Below, one piece after another: positions 10,701 to 19,618 of a DNA stretch of 64,000 nt (its first letter is position 1; the number at the start of each line of letters is the position of its first letter). The notes under the pieces were generated by a model. It made no database searches and was not told where the DNA came from. It was given only the letters and a program-made list of their open reading frames with translations. The DNA is from Christensenellaceae bacterium (GTDB lineage: Bacteria; Bacillota; Clostridia; Christensenellales; Borkfalkiaceae): the NCBI GenBank assembly GCA_045654365.1, contig JAZONF010000009.1:45345-109344 (forward strand), given 5' to 3'. A program made the translations under genes and the position numbers.

Positions 10701-11355
10701 TAGAAGAAAGCGTTCTTCCTTAGGTGCGATAAACGGTTCGGCTATTGACGACTGTATTGTTTTAAGACAACGTTTTGAAGAAATGACCGCTCAAAAAGAG
10801 GACCTTCAAAAGGCGGAAAACGACCTTAAAGAGGCTATTGCAAAGATTAAGGGAGAAATGCTTACCCAGTTTGACGAAGGCTTTGTTAAAATTAACGAAA
10901 ACTTCCAAAGAATATTCAAAGAACTTTTTGGCGGTGGTAGAGCAATGCTACAAATGGACTACACGCAAACGGATGACAAACTTGAGGCGGGCGTTGAAAT
11001 TATTGCAGAACCTCCGGGAAAGAAACTTCAAAAACTTTCTCTCCTATCCGGTGGTGAAAAGGCTCTTACGGCAATTGCAATACTCTTTGCAATATTAAGA
11101 CTTCGTCCAATGCCTTTCTGTGTGCTTGACGAGGTTGAGGCTGCACTTGACGAGGCTAACGTTGATAGATTTGCAAGATACTTGCAAAAATTCAGTAATG
11201 AAACTCAGTTTATTGTTATTACCCACAAAAAGCCCACTATGGAAAGGGCGGATTCACTTTTTGGCGTTACCATGCAAGAAAAGGGTGTAAGTAAACTTGT
11301 TTCCGTTAAACTTTCCGATATTTCTGAAATCGGTGACGGAGATATTGCTCTATAA
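7759..11355 (+). CDS. smc: chromosome partition protein SMC
   Basis: 1198 aa. N-terminal Walker A GPNGCGKSN, long coiled coils, hinge, C-terminal LSGGEKALTAIA signature and Walker B CVLDEVEAALD. GTG start overlaps the rnc stop. Confidence 0.95.
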   Translation: MNLVKVELYGFKSFADKAEIRFGDGITGIVGPNGCGKSNVSDAIRWVLGEQSAKSLRGGSMQDVIFSGTQNRKSLSYCEVSLHFDNTNKMFSLDYNEVIITRKLYRSGESEYFINKQLARLKDIVELLHECGIGKEGYTIIGQGKVEEIMSAKPEDRRLIFEEATGIAKFKTRKNESERKLERTHENIVRYSDILSEIENQLGPLEKQAEKAKEFNALSEELKHHELNTYIAKVEGVASAKERVGNKIKAIEEQTSLRQSEYDSAQAEYDKIFTDIALADDKLRKLNDKLMDKRVGMEKSLGANKLFEEKITYLNSQIERSKREINDNINLIDESSSSSAANLSEMQKMKEELSSLSKKADELSKKFMTVSEKISLGEELANVSRKKIIESIESLSDFKLNKGARSVEKTALTEKLSEIEDKISKLSFNREELFNAKEKSDKNIDELDRSVFEFKNKISEKEDEVRSTNEKEAELDNKIYSLNSVITSLVTKDNFYRGLKENYEGYSNAVKLLLTKGKSDTRVGGKIKGVVAELIKSDKKLDVALETTLGAAAQNVVTADTEDAKFLIQYLKENRMGRITFLPLSSVKPRVQSIEVTNALKETGVLGVANKLVKYQPEFENVISNLLGNTLIVDTIENATKIANKYRFAFKIVTLEGDVFSTQGAMSGGSRRTDVVGLLSADRKIEDNATELAKKRSEMEKLKAEKGELNAKRDKFLDELGMLNDVYNGKRQQVVIEREKQSITEKSLSDIGREIESTESIRAEIIEKIEKLTAEMENISVGGKKLEEDRAEATSSADKQQAEYDALRKERDDLSSELTSAQVKITELKASISALESDNERLLSVKSEAEKTNSDLENSIKGAEQIIEELRLQQEKVAFSKQEQDEVNKLREDIDNIEVYKKERREQLEKNAERREYLSEELITLSEKRHIEEINLTKIDSDLEHMGESIYENYGEDYDSAQKYRVENYDAKEGESEIVRIRRKRSSLGAINGSAIDDCIVLRQRFEEMTAQKEDLQKAENDLKEAIAKIKGEMLTQFDEGFVKINENFQRIFKELFGGGRAMLQMDYTQTDDKLEAGVEIIAEPPGKKLQKLSLLSGGEKALTAIAILFAILRLRPMPFCVLDEVEAALDEANVDRFARYLQKFSNETQFIVITHKKPTMERADSLFGVTMQEKGVSKLVSVKLSDISEIGDGDIAL

Positions 11356-11375
11356 ATTTTTATTTAGGTTTGAAA

Positions 11376-12272
11376 ATGGGATTATTTGCTAAAATTAAAA
11401 GCGTTCTTTCTAAAACGAAAGAGGGGCTTTCAAAAAAACTAAACGACCTTTTTGCCAAAAACAAACTTGGTGAAGAGTTTTACGAAGAGCTTGAAGATAT
11501 TTTAATTTCCTCCGACGTTTCCGTTTCTACCACTATGGAAATAGTGGAAGAAATCAAAGAAACTGCAATAAAAGAAAAGTGTAAAGATAAAGATTACGTT
11601 ATTAAGTTGCTTAAAGACGAACTTTTTGAAACTCTTTCTTATGCAGACCCTTTGGATATGAAAACACCTCTTATCATTATGCTTATTGGTGTTAACGGCG
11701 TTGGTAAAACTACTACTATAGGTAAGCTTGCTAACAAATTCGTGAAAGAGGGTAAAAGCGTTACTATCGCCGCTGCGGATACTTTTAGGGCTGCAGCCTC
11801 TGACCAACTTTCCGTTTGGGCGGAAAGGGCAAACGTTAGAATTGTTAAACACTCTGAAGGAGCGGATGCTTCTGCCGTTGTTTACGATGCAATATCTTCC
11901 GTTAAAGCAAAAAATACTGACGTTTTGATTATTGATACTGCTGGTAGACTTCACGTTAAGGTTAATCTTATGGAAGAACTTAAAAAGATTGACAGAGTTG
12001 TTAATAGAGAATATCCTGAAGCAAACTATAAAAAACTTATTGCTTTAGACGCTACTACGGGGCAAAACTCCTATAATCAAGTTCAAAGTTTTAACGAGGC
12101 GGTTGGCGTTGACGGTATCGTGTTAACTAAACTTGACGGTACGGCAAAGGGTGGATTTATAATTTCCCTTTCGTACGAATTAGAAATTCCCGTCGTTTAC
12201 GTTGGCGTTGGTGAAAAAATAGACGATATTGAAGATTTTAACGCTAAAGAATTTATTGAGGCAATGTTTTAA
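11376..12272 (+). CDS. ftsY: signal recognition particle receptor FtsY
   Basis: SRP-GTPase NG domain: GVNGVGKTTTIGKLA, DTAGRL, TKLDGTAKGG. ATG at 11376 preferred over the ORF-track TTG at 11370. Confidence 0.9.
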   Translation: MGLFAKIKSVLSKTKEGLSKKLNDLFAKNKLGEEFYEELEDILISSDVSVSTTMEIVEEIKETAIKEKCKDKDYVIKLLKDELFETLSYADPLDMKTPLIIMLIGVNGVGKTTTIGKLANKFVKEGKSVTIAAADTFRAAASDQLSVWAERANVRIVKHSEGADASAVVYDAISSVKAKNTDVLIIDTAGRLHVKVNLMEELKKIDRVVNREYPEANYKKLIALDATTGQNSYNQVQSFNEAVGVDGIVLTKLDGTAKGGFIISLSYELEIPVVYVGVGEKIDDIEDFNAKEFIEAMF

Positions 12273-12289
12273 AATGTTAAGATAAACGC

Positions 12290-12318
12290 TTGACAAACCT
12301 TTTTGAAACGTATATAAT
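12290..12318 (+). promoter_or_regulatory. consensus sigma-A promoter (TTGACA-17-TATAAT)
   Basis: TTGACA 12290-12295, exact 17-nt spacer, TATAAT 12313-12318, upstream of ylxM-ffh. Confidence 0.6.
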
Positions 12319-12321
12319 ACT

Positions 12322-12358
12322 AAGGTGTAAAGATAATTTACTTTACACCTTTTGTGTT
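12322..12358 (+). terminator. hairpin plus T-rich tail between ftsY and ylxM (ftsY terminator/attenuator or 5' stabiliser)
   Basis: AAGGTGTAAAG (12322-12332) pairs perfectly with CTTTACACCTT (12341-12351), followed by TTGTGTT. Confidence 0.45.
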
Positions 12359-12362
12359 AATT

Positions 12363-12662
12363 ATGGAAAAAAATTTAGAATATACTGAACTTTTTGAGGT
12401 TTATAAAGGGCTTTTAACTGATAAACAAAGGGAATTATTTTCTTCTTATTACCTTTTAGACTTGTCCCTTGCCGAGATTGCCGAGCAAGAGGGGAGTTCA
12501 AGACAAAGTGTTTACGACCAAATAAAAAAAGTTAAAACAAAATTGCTTGAGTATGAAAAAGTTCTTTCCTTAAAGGAAAGAAACGAGGAAATTAAGGCAG
12601 TTATAAGCGGGATTTCTGATATAGAAATCTATAATAAAATTTTAGAAATTATAGGTAGATAA
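12363..12662 (+). CDS. ylxM: YlxM/UPF0122 putative DNA-binding protein (sigma-70 region-4-like HTH)
   Basis: Conserved position immediately before ffh. LLTDKQRELFSSYYLLDLSLAEIAEQEGSSRQSVYDQIKK is typical of the family. Confidence 0.8.
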   Translation: MEKNLEYTELFEVYKGLLTDKQRELFSSYYLLDLSLAEIAEQEGSSRQSVYDQIKKVKTKLLEYEKVLSLKERNEEIKAVISGISDIEIYNKILEIIGR

Positions 12663-13972
12663 TGGCGTTATTTTCAGGTCTTTCGGAAAAACTTAATCAC
12701 ATATTTTCCAAACTGACCAAGCACGGTAGACTTACCGAGCTTGAAATAAAGACTGCTATGAGAGAAGTGCGAATTGCACTTTTAGAGGCGGACGTTAATA
12801 TTTCAGTTGTTAAGGAATTTGTGTCAAAAGTATCCGAAAGGGCTGTTGGGCAAGAAATATTAAAAAGTTTAAGTCCTACGCAACAAGTTATCAAGATTGT
12901 TAATGAAGAACTTATTGCGTTAATGGGGTCGGCAAACGCTAAACTTAACTTTTCCTCAAGTCCGTCGGTTATAATGATGGCGGGGCTTCAAGGTGCAGGT
13001 AAAACGACGTTAGTTGGAAAACTTGGTATGCTCCTTAAAAAGCAGGGAAGAAAACCGCTATTAATTGCATGTGACGTTTATCGTCCCGCAGCGATTAACC
13101 AACTAAAAGTAGTTGGAGAAAAGGCAGGGTGTCAAGTTTTTGAAAAGGGACAAGGCAATCCCGTTAAAATAGCGAAAGAGGGTGTTGCTTACGCTAAATC
13201 GTACGGTTTTGATACCGTTATTATCGATACTGCAGGTAGACTTCAGATTGACGAAGAGTTGATGAAGGAACTTGAGAAAATCAAAGCGGAGGTTAATCCT
13301 AGCGAGATTTTATTAGTCGTTGACAGTATGACCGGTCAAGTTGCGGTAGAGGTTGCGGATACATTTAATAAACGCTTAGAAGTCACCGGTTTAGTGTTAA
13401 CTAAACTTGACGGTGATACGAGGGGCGGTGCAACTCTTTCAATGAAAGCGGTTACGGGTAAGCCTATTAAATATTGTTCGGTAGGGGAAAAACTTGGCGA
13501 TTTAGAGCCTTTTTATCCCGATAGAATGGCTAACCGTATTCTTGGAATGGGGGACGTTTTAACCCTTATAGAAAAGGCGCAAGAGGCAATAACTGAAGAG
13601 GACGCTAAAAAAATGGAGCGTAAGTTTAGGGAAAACTCTTTTACGCTTGACGACTTTTTAGTTCAGTTTGAAACAATGAACAAGATGGGCGGTATAGGTT
13701 CTATTCTTTCAATGTTACCCGGTATGGGCGCAAAAATAAAGATTAGGGAAGAAGATATCGACGAGAAAAAGATGATAACCATGAAAGCGGTTATTCAATC
13801 TATGACTAAAAAGGAAAGGCTTAATCCTCAAATAATAAATTCTTCAAGAAAGATAAGAATTGCTAAGGGTAGCGGAACGAGTGTGCAAGAGGTTAATAGA
13901 GTTCTTAAACAGTTTGAGCAAAGCAAAATGATGATGAAACAAATGAAAAACAATAAATTGTTTAGATTTTAA
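12662..13972 (+). CDS. ffh: signal recognition particle protein Ffh
   Basis: GLQGAGKTTLVGKL, DTAGRL, TKLDGDTRGG, and a Met-rich M domain (MNKMGGIGSILSMLPGMG). Confidence 0.95.
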   Translation: MALFSGLSEKLNHIFSKLTKHGRLTELEIKTAMREVRIALLEADVNISVVKEFVSKVSERAVGQEILKSLSPTQQVIKIVNEELIALMGSANAKLNFSSSPSVIMMAGLQGAGKTTLVGKLGMLLKKQGRKPLLIACDVYRPAAINQLKVVGEKAGCQVFEKGQGNPVKIAKEGVAYAKSYGFDTVIIDTAGRLQIDEELMKELEKIKAEVNPSEILLVVDSMTGQVAVEVADTFNKRLEVTGLVLTKLDGDTRGGATLSMKAVTGKPIKYCSVGEKLGDLEPFYPDRMANRILGMGDVLTLIEKAQEAITEEDAKKMERKFRENSFTLDDFLVQFETMNKMGGIGSILSMLPGMGAKIKIREEDIDEKKMITMKAVIQSMTKKERLNPQIINSSRKIRIAKGSGTSVQEVNRVLKQFEQSKMMMKQMKNNKLFRF

Positions 13973-14000
13973 TATTTACAAATAAAGGAGAACAAAAAAA

Positions 14001-14294
14001 ATGGCAGTAAAAATGAGATTAACCAGAATGGGCGATAAGAAATCTCCCTTCTACCGTATCGTAATCATGGACAGCAGAGTAGCAAGAGACGGCGCATATA
14101 TTGACAAAGTTGGTCACTATAACCCCACCGCTCAACCTGCAGAAATCGTTATCGACGCAGAAAAGGCTAAAGATTGGCTTTCTAAGGGTGTTCAACCTAC
14201 CGACACGGTTAAAAACATCTTAGTTAACCAAGGTGTTTTACCTAAGCCCACTAAACTTTCACCTGCAAAAACCAAAGTCCGTAAATCTAAATAA
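14001..14294 (+). CDS. rpsP: 30S ribosomal protein S16
   Basis: MAVKMRLTRMGDKKSPFYRIVIMDSRVARDG... is canonical bS16. Confidence 0.95.
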   Translation: MAVKMRLTRMGDKKSPFYRIVIMDSRVARDGAYIDKVGHYNPTAQPAEIVIDAEKAKDWLSKGVQPTDTVKNILVNQGVLPKPTKLSPAKTKVRKSK

Positions 14295-14317
14295 TTAAGA
14301 TTTAAGGAGATAGTCAG

Positions 14318-14560
14318 ATGATAGAACTTATTAAATTCGTGGTTGGCAGTTTTGCTGAAAAACCCGAATTGATTGAATACGACGTAAACGACGACGGAAG
14401 AGAAGTTACCGTTACCATTACGCTTGAGGCAAGTGATATGGGAAAGGTGATCGGTCGCCAAGGCAAGATTGCTAAGGCACTTAGAACGCTCGTTCGTGCA
14501 GGTTCACAAAAAGAAAATAAAAAATACGTTATTGAAATTAAGGAGCGTGGGGAAATATAA
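14318..14560 (+). CDS. khpA: KH-domain RNA-binding protein (YlqC/KhpA)
   Basis: 80 aa with a GxxG KH motif (VIGRQGKIAKALRTL). Conserved position after rpsP. Confidence 0.85.
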   Translation: MIELIKFVVGSFAEKPELIEYDVNDDGREVTVTITLEASDMGKVIGRQGKIAKALRTLVRAGSQKENKKYVIEIKERGEI

Positions 14561-14585
14561 TTTCCCCATTTTCCTTCCGTGAAAA

Positions 14586-15095
14586 ATGCAGGAAAAATTT
14601 AGAATTGGGCTTATAGTTAAGCCACAAGGTGTAAAGGGTGAAGTAAAAGTACAGCCCTTAACCGATAATATTCAACGATATAAAAAACTTAATAACGTGT
14701 TTATTGACGGCGTGTCCTTTAAGGTTATAAACGTTAAGATTGCGGATGGATTTTGCATCCTTCTATTATCTGGCGTTGCCGATAGAGATAGTGCCGAACT
14801 TTTCCGTGGAAAATATTTAGAGGTGGAAAGGGAAAACGCCTTACCTCTTCCCAAGGGAAGATATTTTATAGCCGATATTATAGGTTGTAAAGTTGTTTTT
14901 GACGACGGAATGCCTCTTGGTGAAGTGGTTGACGTTACTTCTGCCAAAACGGATATTTTTACCGTTAAAACGGTTAGTAATAAGACGGTTAGATTTCCCT
15001 TTTTAAAAGATTTAACTCTTTCTATTAGTGTGCAAGAAAAAGTTATTGTTTTACAAAGGAAAAGATATTTAGAGGTGTGTTGTTATGAGGATTGA
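14586..15095 (+). CDS. rimM: 16S rRNA processing protein RimM
   Basis: GLIVKPQGVKGEVKV N-terminus and PRC barrel. Conserved rpsP-rimM-trmD synteny. Confidence 0.9.
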   Translation: MQEKFRIGLIVKPQGVKGEVKVQPLTDNIQRYKKLNNVFIDGVSFKVINVKIADGFCILLLSGVADRDSAELFRGKYLEVERENALPLPKGRYFIADIIGCKVVFDDGMPLGEVVDVTSAKTDIFTVKTVSNKTVRFPFLKDLTLSISVQEKVIVLQRKRYLEVCCYED

Positions 15096-15756
15096 TATTT
15101 TAACTCTTTTCCCAGAAATGTTTACCCCTCTTTCAACGAGCATTATCGGAAGAGCCGTTAGTAATAATAAGTTGGAAATAAACGTTTGCGACATTAGACA
15201 GTACACTTTAGACAAGCACAAAAAGTGTGACGATGCTCCTTTTGGTGGTGGCGCAGGTATGGTAATGATGCCACAACCTATTGCCTCTGCAATAGAGGAT
15301 ATTGACCCCGAGCATAATGCTTGGCGTGTTTTTATGTCGCCAAGAGGTAGAGTTTTTAACCAAAAAATCGTTCTTGAATACGCTAAAAAAGATAGATTAT
15401 TACTTCTTTGCGGGCATTACGAGGGGGTTGATCAAAGGGTTATAGACCTTTATATAGACGAAGAATTGTCAGTTGGAGATTTCGTTCTAACGGGTGGTGA
15501 AATTCCCGCAATGGCGGTTACTGATGCCGTTTCGAGATACGTTAGCGGTGTTATTAAAGAACAATCTTTAGAGCAGGAAAGTTTCTCATCGGGGTTATTA
15601 GAGTATCCTCAATATACAAGACCTCAAGAATTTAAGGGGATAAAAGTTCCTAACGTATTAACGAGTGGAAATCACGGCGAGGTGGACAAATGGAGGCTTG
15701 CTCAATCCATTGAAATCACCAAAAAAAATCGCCCTGATTTATTAGAAAAAAAGTAA
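15085..15756 (+). CDS. trmD: tRNA (guanine37-N1)-methyltransferase
   Basis: MRIDILTLFPEMF..., GHYEGVDQRV, LTGGEIPAM motifs. Confidence 0.95.
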   Translation: MRIDILTLFPEMFTPLSTSIIGRAVSNNKLEINVCDIRQYTLDKHKKCDDAPFGGGAGMVMMPQPIASAIEDIDPEHNAWRVFMSPRGRVFNQKIVLEYAKKDRLLLLCGHYEGVDQRVIDLYIDEELSVGDFVLTGGEIPAMAVTDAVSRYVSGVIKEQSLEQESFSSGLLEYPQYTRPQEFKGIKVPNVLTSGNHGEVDKWRLAQSIEITKKNRPDLLEKK

Positions 15757-15757
15757 A

Positions 15758-16591
15758 ATGCAACATTTACAATGGTTTCCAGGGCATATGACGGCTGCCG
15801 TTCGCATGATGGAGGAAAATCTCAAGGCGGTTGACGGCGTTATGATGGTTTTAGATGCGAGAGCACCGAGAGCGTCAATTAACAATAAACTGTCAAAAAT
15901 GTTTTCAGGAAAGAAAATTTTATACGTTTTGAATAAAAGCGACCTTATCTCTCAAGCGGACGCTATGCGTACTGTAAAGGAGTTTGCAAAAGAGGGTAAA
16001 ACTGCCGTTTCCGTTTCAGCAATGGATAAACGTGCGGTTGATTTGCTTTACTCTGAAATCTTTAACCTATTGAAAGACAAGGTGGAAAAATATAAATCTA
16101 AGGGCATATTTAAGCCCATAAGAATAATGGTTACAGGTATTCCTAACACGGGAAAATCCACCATTATAAACGCCCTTTGCGGTGGCAAAAAAGCCGTTAC
16201 GGGCAACAAGGCTGGTGTTACTAAAGGTAAGCAATGGGTGCGCATTAAAGAACTTGAACTTCTTGATACTCCGGGTACTATGCCACCTGCGTTTGAAAAC
16301 CAAACTTTGGCAAAACACCTTGCTTATATCGGCTGTATGAACGACGCGAATATTGATTTTAACGACCTTGCTTTTGAACTTATCGCAGAACTAAAAGAAA
16401 AATATCCACAACTATTAAAAGATAAGTATTCTCTTGACGATTTGGACGTTGAAACTTTAGAGATTTTCGACGGGATTTGCTTAAGAAGAGGCTTTTTAAG
16501 ACGTGGTGGTGAATATGATTACGAGCGTTGCGCTACGGCAATTATAGACGATTTAAGAAAGGGTAGAATAGGGAAAATAATATTCGACTAA
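15758..16591 (+). CDS. rbgA: ribosome biogenesis GTPase A (YlqF)
   Basis: Circularly permuted GTPase: MQHLQWFPGHM, LNKSDL, GIPNTGKST, DTPG. Confidence 0.9.
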   Translation: MQHLQWFPGHMTAAVRMMEENLKAVDGVMMVLDARAPRASINNKLSKMFSGKKILYVLNKSDLISQADAMRTVKEFAKEGKTAVSVSAMDKRAVDLLYSEIFNLLKDKVEKYKSKGIFKPIRIMVTGIPNTGKSTIINALCGGKKAVTGNKAGVTKGKQWVRIKELELLDTPGTMPPAFENQTLAKHLAYIGCMNDANIDFNDLAFELIAELKEKYPQLLKDKYSLDDLDVETLEIFDGICLRRGFLRRGGEYDYERCATAIIDDLRKGRIGKIIFD

Positions 16592-17199
16592 TGGATAAAT
16601 TTGAGCACGAAAGAGAACTGAAAAAATTAGGCTATAACTTAATTGCAGGGGTAGATGAAGTGGGGAGAGGCCCGCTTGCAGGACCTGTTGTTTGTTGTGC
16701 CGTTATTATGCCCGAAGATGACGTTATCGACGGTGTTACGGACAGTAAAAAACTATCCGAAAAAAAGAGGGAAATTTTAGCCGAATTGATAAAGGAAAGG
16801 GCAATTTCTTATTGCATATATGAAGTTTGGCAAGAGGAAATTGACGAGATAAATATTTTGCAAGCGGTAAAAAAGTGTATGACTTGTGCTGTGCAGGGCT
16901 TAAAAGTAGCACCTGATATAACTATAGTTGACGGAGTTGACACGGGCTTAGCAATAAATGCAAAATATGTTGTGAAAGGCGATTTGAATAGTTATACCGT
17001 TGGGTGTGCTTCTATAGTTGCAAAAGTTTACAGGGATAAACTTATGGAAGAATACGCTAAAGAATTTCCCGAATACGGCTTTGAAAAGCATAAAGGTTAC
17101 GGCACTAAAGCGCATATAGATAAAATCAAGGAGATTGGACCTTGCAAATTGCACAGAAAAACTTTTATAAAAAATTTTTGGGTAAAAAAGGCGAAATAG
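16591..17199 (+). CDS. rnhB: ribonuclease HII
   Basis: GVDEVGRGPLAGPVV active-site motif, DSKKLS, HKGYGT. Confidence 0.9.
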   Translation: MDKFEHERELKKLGYNLIAGVDEVGRGPLAGPVVCCAVIMPEDDVIDGVTDSKKLSEKKREILAELIKERAISYCIYEVWQEEIDEINILQAVKKCMTCAVQGLKVAPDITIVDGVDTGLAINAKYVVKGDLNSYTVGCASIVAKVYRDKLMEEYAKEFPEYGFEKHKGYGTKAHIDKIKEIGPCKLHRKTFIKNFWVKKAK

Positions 17200-17507
17200 A
17201 GGCGGTTAAATATTTGTCCGCAAACGGCTATAAAATTTTAGATAGAAATTTTAAGACGCATATAGGTGAGATTGACGTTATTGCCTTAGAGCAAGATACA
17301 GTATGCTTTATCGAGGTAAAGACGAGGACTTCATCAGATTATGGCACACCGGCAGAAGCAGTTAATGAAAAAAAACAAGATAAATACTATTTGGTTGCCG
17401 AACAATATCTGCTTAAAACAAAAAAAACTGAATTCCCTTGTCGATTTGACGTGGTGGAAATTGAGGACGGTAAAATTAATTTAATAAAAGATGCGTTTTC
17501 ACGTTAA
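17142..17507 (+). CDS. yraN: YraN-family (UPF0102) endonuclease-like protein
   Basis: [33 protein letters not shown]...FIEVKTR motif. The start is uncertain (ATG 17142 overlaps rnhB by 58 nt; TTG 17178 is possible). Confidence 0.75.
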   Translation: MQIAQKNFYKKFLGKKGEIEAVKYLSANGYKILDRNFKTHIGEIDVIALEQDTVCFIEVKTRTSSDYGTPAEAVNEKKQDKYYLVAEQYLLKTKKTEFPCRFDVVEIEDGKINLIKDAFSR

Positions 17508-17605
17508 AACAGTTGCCAAAACAAAAAAAATATGATATTATTATAGACGCTTCGGACGTTCCTCTTGAAAAGCAACGAACGTTTAGTATACTAGGAGGTA
17601 TTAAA

Positions 17606-17953
17606 ATGAGCACTATTATCGATGCAATTAATCAGGAAAACTTGAAAGAATCGATTCCCCAATTCAATGTTGGTGATACCGTTAAAGTAATGGTAAAAGT
17701 TATCGAAGGCGAAAGAGAAAGATTACAAGCTTTTGAGGGAATAGTAATCGCTAAAAAACACGGCGGAATTTCAGAAACCTTTACGGTTAGAAGAGTTTCC
17801 TTCGGTGTTGGCGTAGAAAAAACTTTCCCCATCCACTCGCCCAAGGTTGCCGACATTCAAGTAGTAAGACATGGTAAAGTACGTCGTGCAAAACTCTACT
17901 ATTTGAGAGAAAGAACGGGTAAAGCGGCTAAAGTTAAGGAAATGGCAAGATAG
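17606..17953 (+). CDS. rplS: 50S ribosomal protein L19
   Basis: [13 protein letters not shown]...FNVGDTVKV...[17 protein letters not shown] is canonical bL19. ATG 17606 follows AGGAGG (17593-17598). The ORF-track 5' extension from 17513 is rejected. Confidence 0.93.
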   Translation: MSTIIDAINQENLKESIPQFNVGDTVKVMVKVIEGERERLQAFEGIVIAKKHGGISETFTVRRVSFGVGVEKTFPIHSPKVADIQVVRHGKVRRAKLYYLRERTGKAAKVKEMAR

Positions 17954-17961
17954 TCAAACTA

Positions 17962-17997
17962 AAGAACTTACCAAAAAGGTGGTAAGTTCTTTTTTTA
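17962..17997 (+). terminator. rho-independent terminator
   Basis: AAGAACTTACC (17962-17972) pairs with GGTAAGTTCTT (17981-17991), followed by a T run. Confidence 0.8.
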
Positions 17998-18105
17998 CTT
18001 TCAAATATCTTATGGAAATTGTTTACTTTTCTTCCTATTTATTATATAATAAATAAATATAAGTGTAATTATAGGGTTTTTATTTCTACGAAGGCGGTTT
18101 GAGTA

Positions 18106-19617
18106 ATGATTTCAAAAATAAACAGTTTTGCATTATACGGTTTAGAAGGGAAAGCGGTGGAGATTGAGGTTGATATCAATAACGGTTTGCCTTCCTTTGA
18201 AATCGTCGGTCTTGCAGATACTACGGTAAAGGAATCGAAGGAAAGAGTTCGTTCTGCTATAAAAAATAGTGGCAGAAACTTTCCTACAAAAAAGATTACT
18301 GCAAATTTTGCCCCAGCAGATATAAAAAAAGAAGGCTCTGCGTTTGACCTTCCTTTGGCAATCGGTTTATTAAAAGCATCGGCGCAAATTTTAGCCGAAA
18401 CGGAGGATACTGTTTTTCTTGGAGAACTTTCCTTAGATGGAAAACTTAGAAAAATAAACGGAGTACTTCCTATACTTATAGCGGCAAAGGAAGAGGGGTT
18501 TAATAAATTTATTCTTCCTTTTGAAAATGCTGAAGAAGCATCTTTCGTTAAAGGAGTTGACGTTTATCCCGCAAAAAGTTTAAACGAGGTTATAGACCAT
18601 TTATCAGGGTTAAAGGTTATAGAAAAGGTTGCCACAAAAGATTACTCTTCATTAACCGTTAAAGACGTTTACGATTCGGATATGTGCTACGTAAAAGGTC
18701 AAGCGGTGGCAAAGCGTGCGCTTGAGATTGCCGTTTCTGGTGGACATAATATCTTGTTTGTCGGTGCACCTGGCACGGGAAAGACCATGCTTGCAAAGTG
18801 TATTCCGACTATTATGCCGGATATGACCTTTGAAGAGGCTCTTGAAACTACCAAAATTCACTCTGTTTCAGGCGTGTTAAAATCTTCTGACGGAATTGTT
18901 TATAGGAGACCTTTTAGAACTCCACACCATACAGCGTCAACACCTGCGTTGGTTGGTGGCGGTGTAAACTCAAAACCGGGTGAAATAAGCCTTGCTCATA
19001 ATGGCGTTTTATTTCTTGACGAAATGCCGGAATATTCGAGAGCAACGTTAGAATCATTACGCCAACCTTTAGAGGATGGTGTTGTGACTGTTACGAGAGT
19101 TCAATCTACCGTTACCTATCCCGCAAACTTCGTTTTGTGCGGAAGTATGAATCCTTGCCCTTGCGGAAATCTTGGTAGCGAAGAAAAAGAGTGTGTGTGC
19201 ACCCCTTCTCAAATTTCAAGATACAAGGCAAAAATTAGCGGACCTCTTTTAGATAGAATTGATATTCAAGTTGCCGTAGACGAAGTTAAATATGCTGAAC
19301 TTACTTCTGAAGAAAGGGGAGAAAGCAGTGCTGACATTAAAAAGAGGGTAAATAGGACTAGGCTTATTCAGAAAAATAGATTTGAAAAGGACAATATACT
19401 TACTAATGCCGATATGGGTGAAAGGCAAATTGCAAAATATTGCAAACTTTCTAAAGAGTGTGAAAAACTTTTGGAAACTTCATATAAGACGTTACACTTA
19501 TCACCTAGGGCACGCAGTAGAATAATTAAGGTCGCAAGAACTATTGCTGATATGGACCTTTGTGAAGATATAGGAGTTAAGCATCTTTTAGAGGCTATAA
19601 GTTATAGGCACGGTTAA
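18106..19617 (+). CDS. comM: YifB/ComM-family Mg-chelatase-like AAA+ ATPase
   Basis: N-terminal Lon-protease-like domain, Walker A GAPGTGKTMLAK, Walker B VLFLDEMPE, C-terminal Mg-chelatase subunit ChlI-like region. Confidence 0.88.
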   Translation: MISKINSFALYGLEGKAVEIEVDINNGLPSFEIVGLADTTVKESKERVRSAIKNSGRNFPTKKITANFAPADIKKEGSAFDLPLAIGLLKASAQILAETEDTVFLGELSLDGKLRKINGVLPILIAAKEEGFNKFILPFENAEEASFVKGVDVYPAKSLNEVIDHLSGLKVIEKVATKDYSSLTVKDVYDSDMCYVKGQAVAKRALEIAVSGGHNILFVGAPGTGKTMLAKCIPTIMPDMTFEEALETTKIHSVSGVLKSSDGIVYRRPFRTPHHTASTPALVGGGVNSKPGEISLAHNGVLFLDEMPEYSRATLESLRQPLEDGVVTVTRVQSTVTYPANFVLCGSMNPCPCGNLGSEEKECVCTPSQISRYKAKISGPLLDRIDIQVAVDEVKYAELTSEERGESSADIKKRVNRTRLIQKNRFEKDNILTNADMGERQIAKYCKLSKECEKLLETSYKTLHLSPRARSRIIKVARTIADMDLCEDIGVKHLLEAISYRHG

Positions 19618-19618
19618 T

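Noticed and set aside
17513-17605. ORF-track 5' extensions for rplS (17513), and likewise for hslU (24647), rnfA (36347), potA (51124), the 12-TM protein (42252), Asp23 (57600) and the GNAT-like gene (5740).
   Set aside because: In each case an internal ATG with a good Shine-Dalgarno gives the canonical N-terminus. The extension overlaps the upstream gene or a promoter element.
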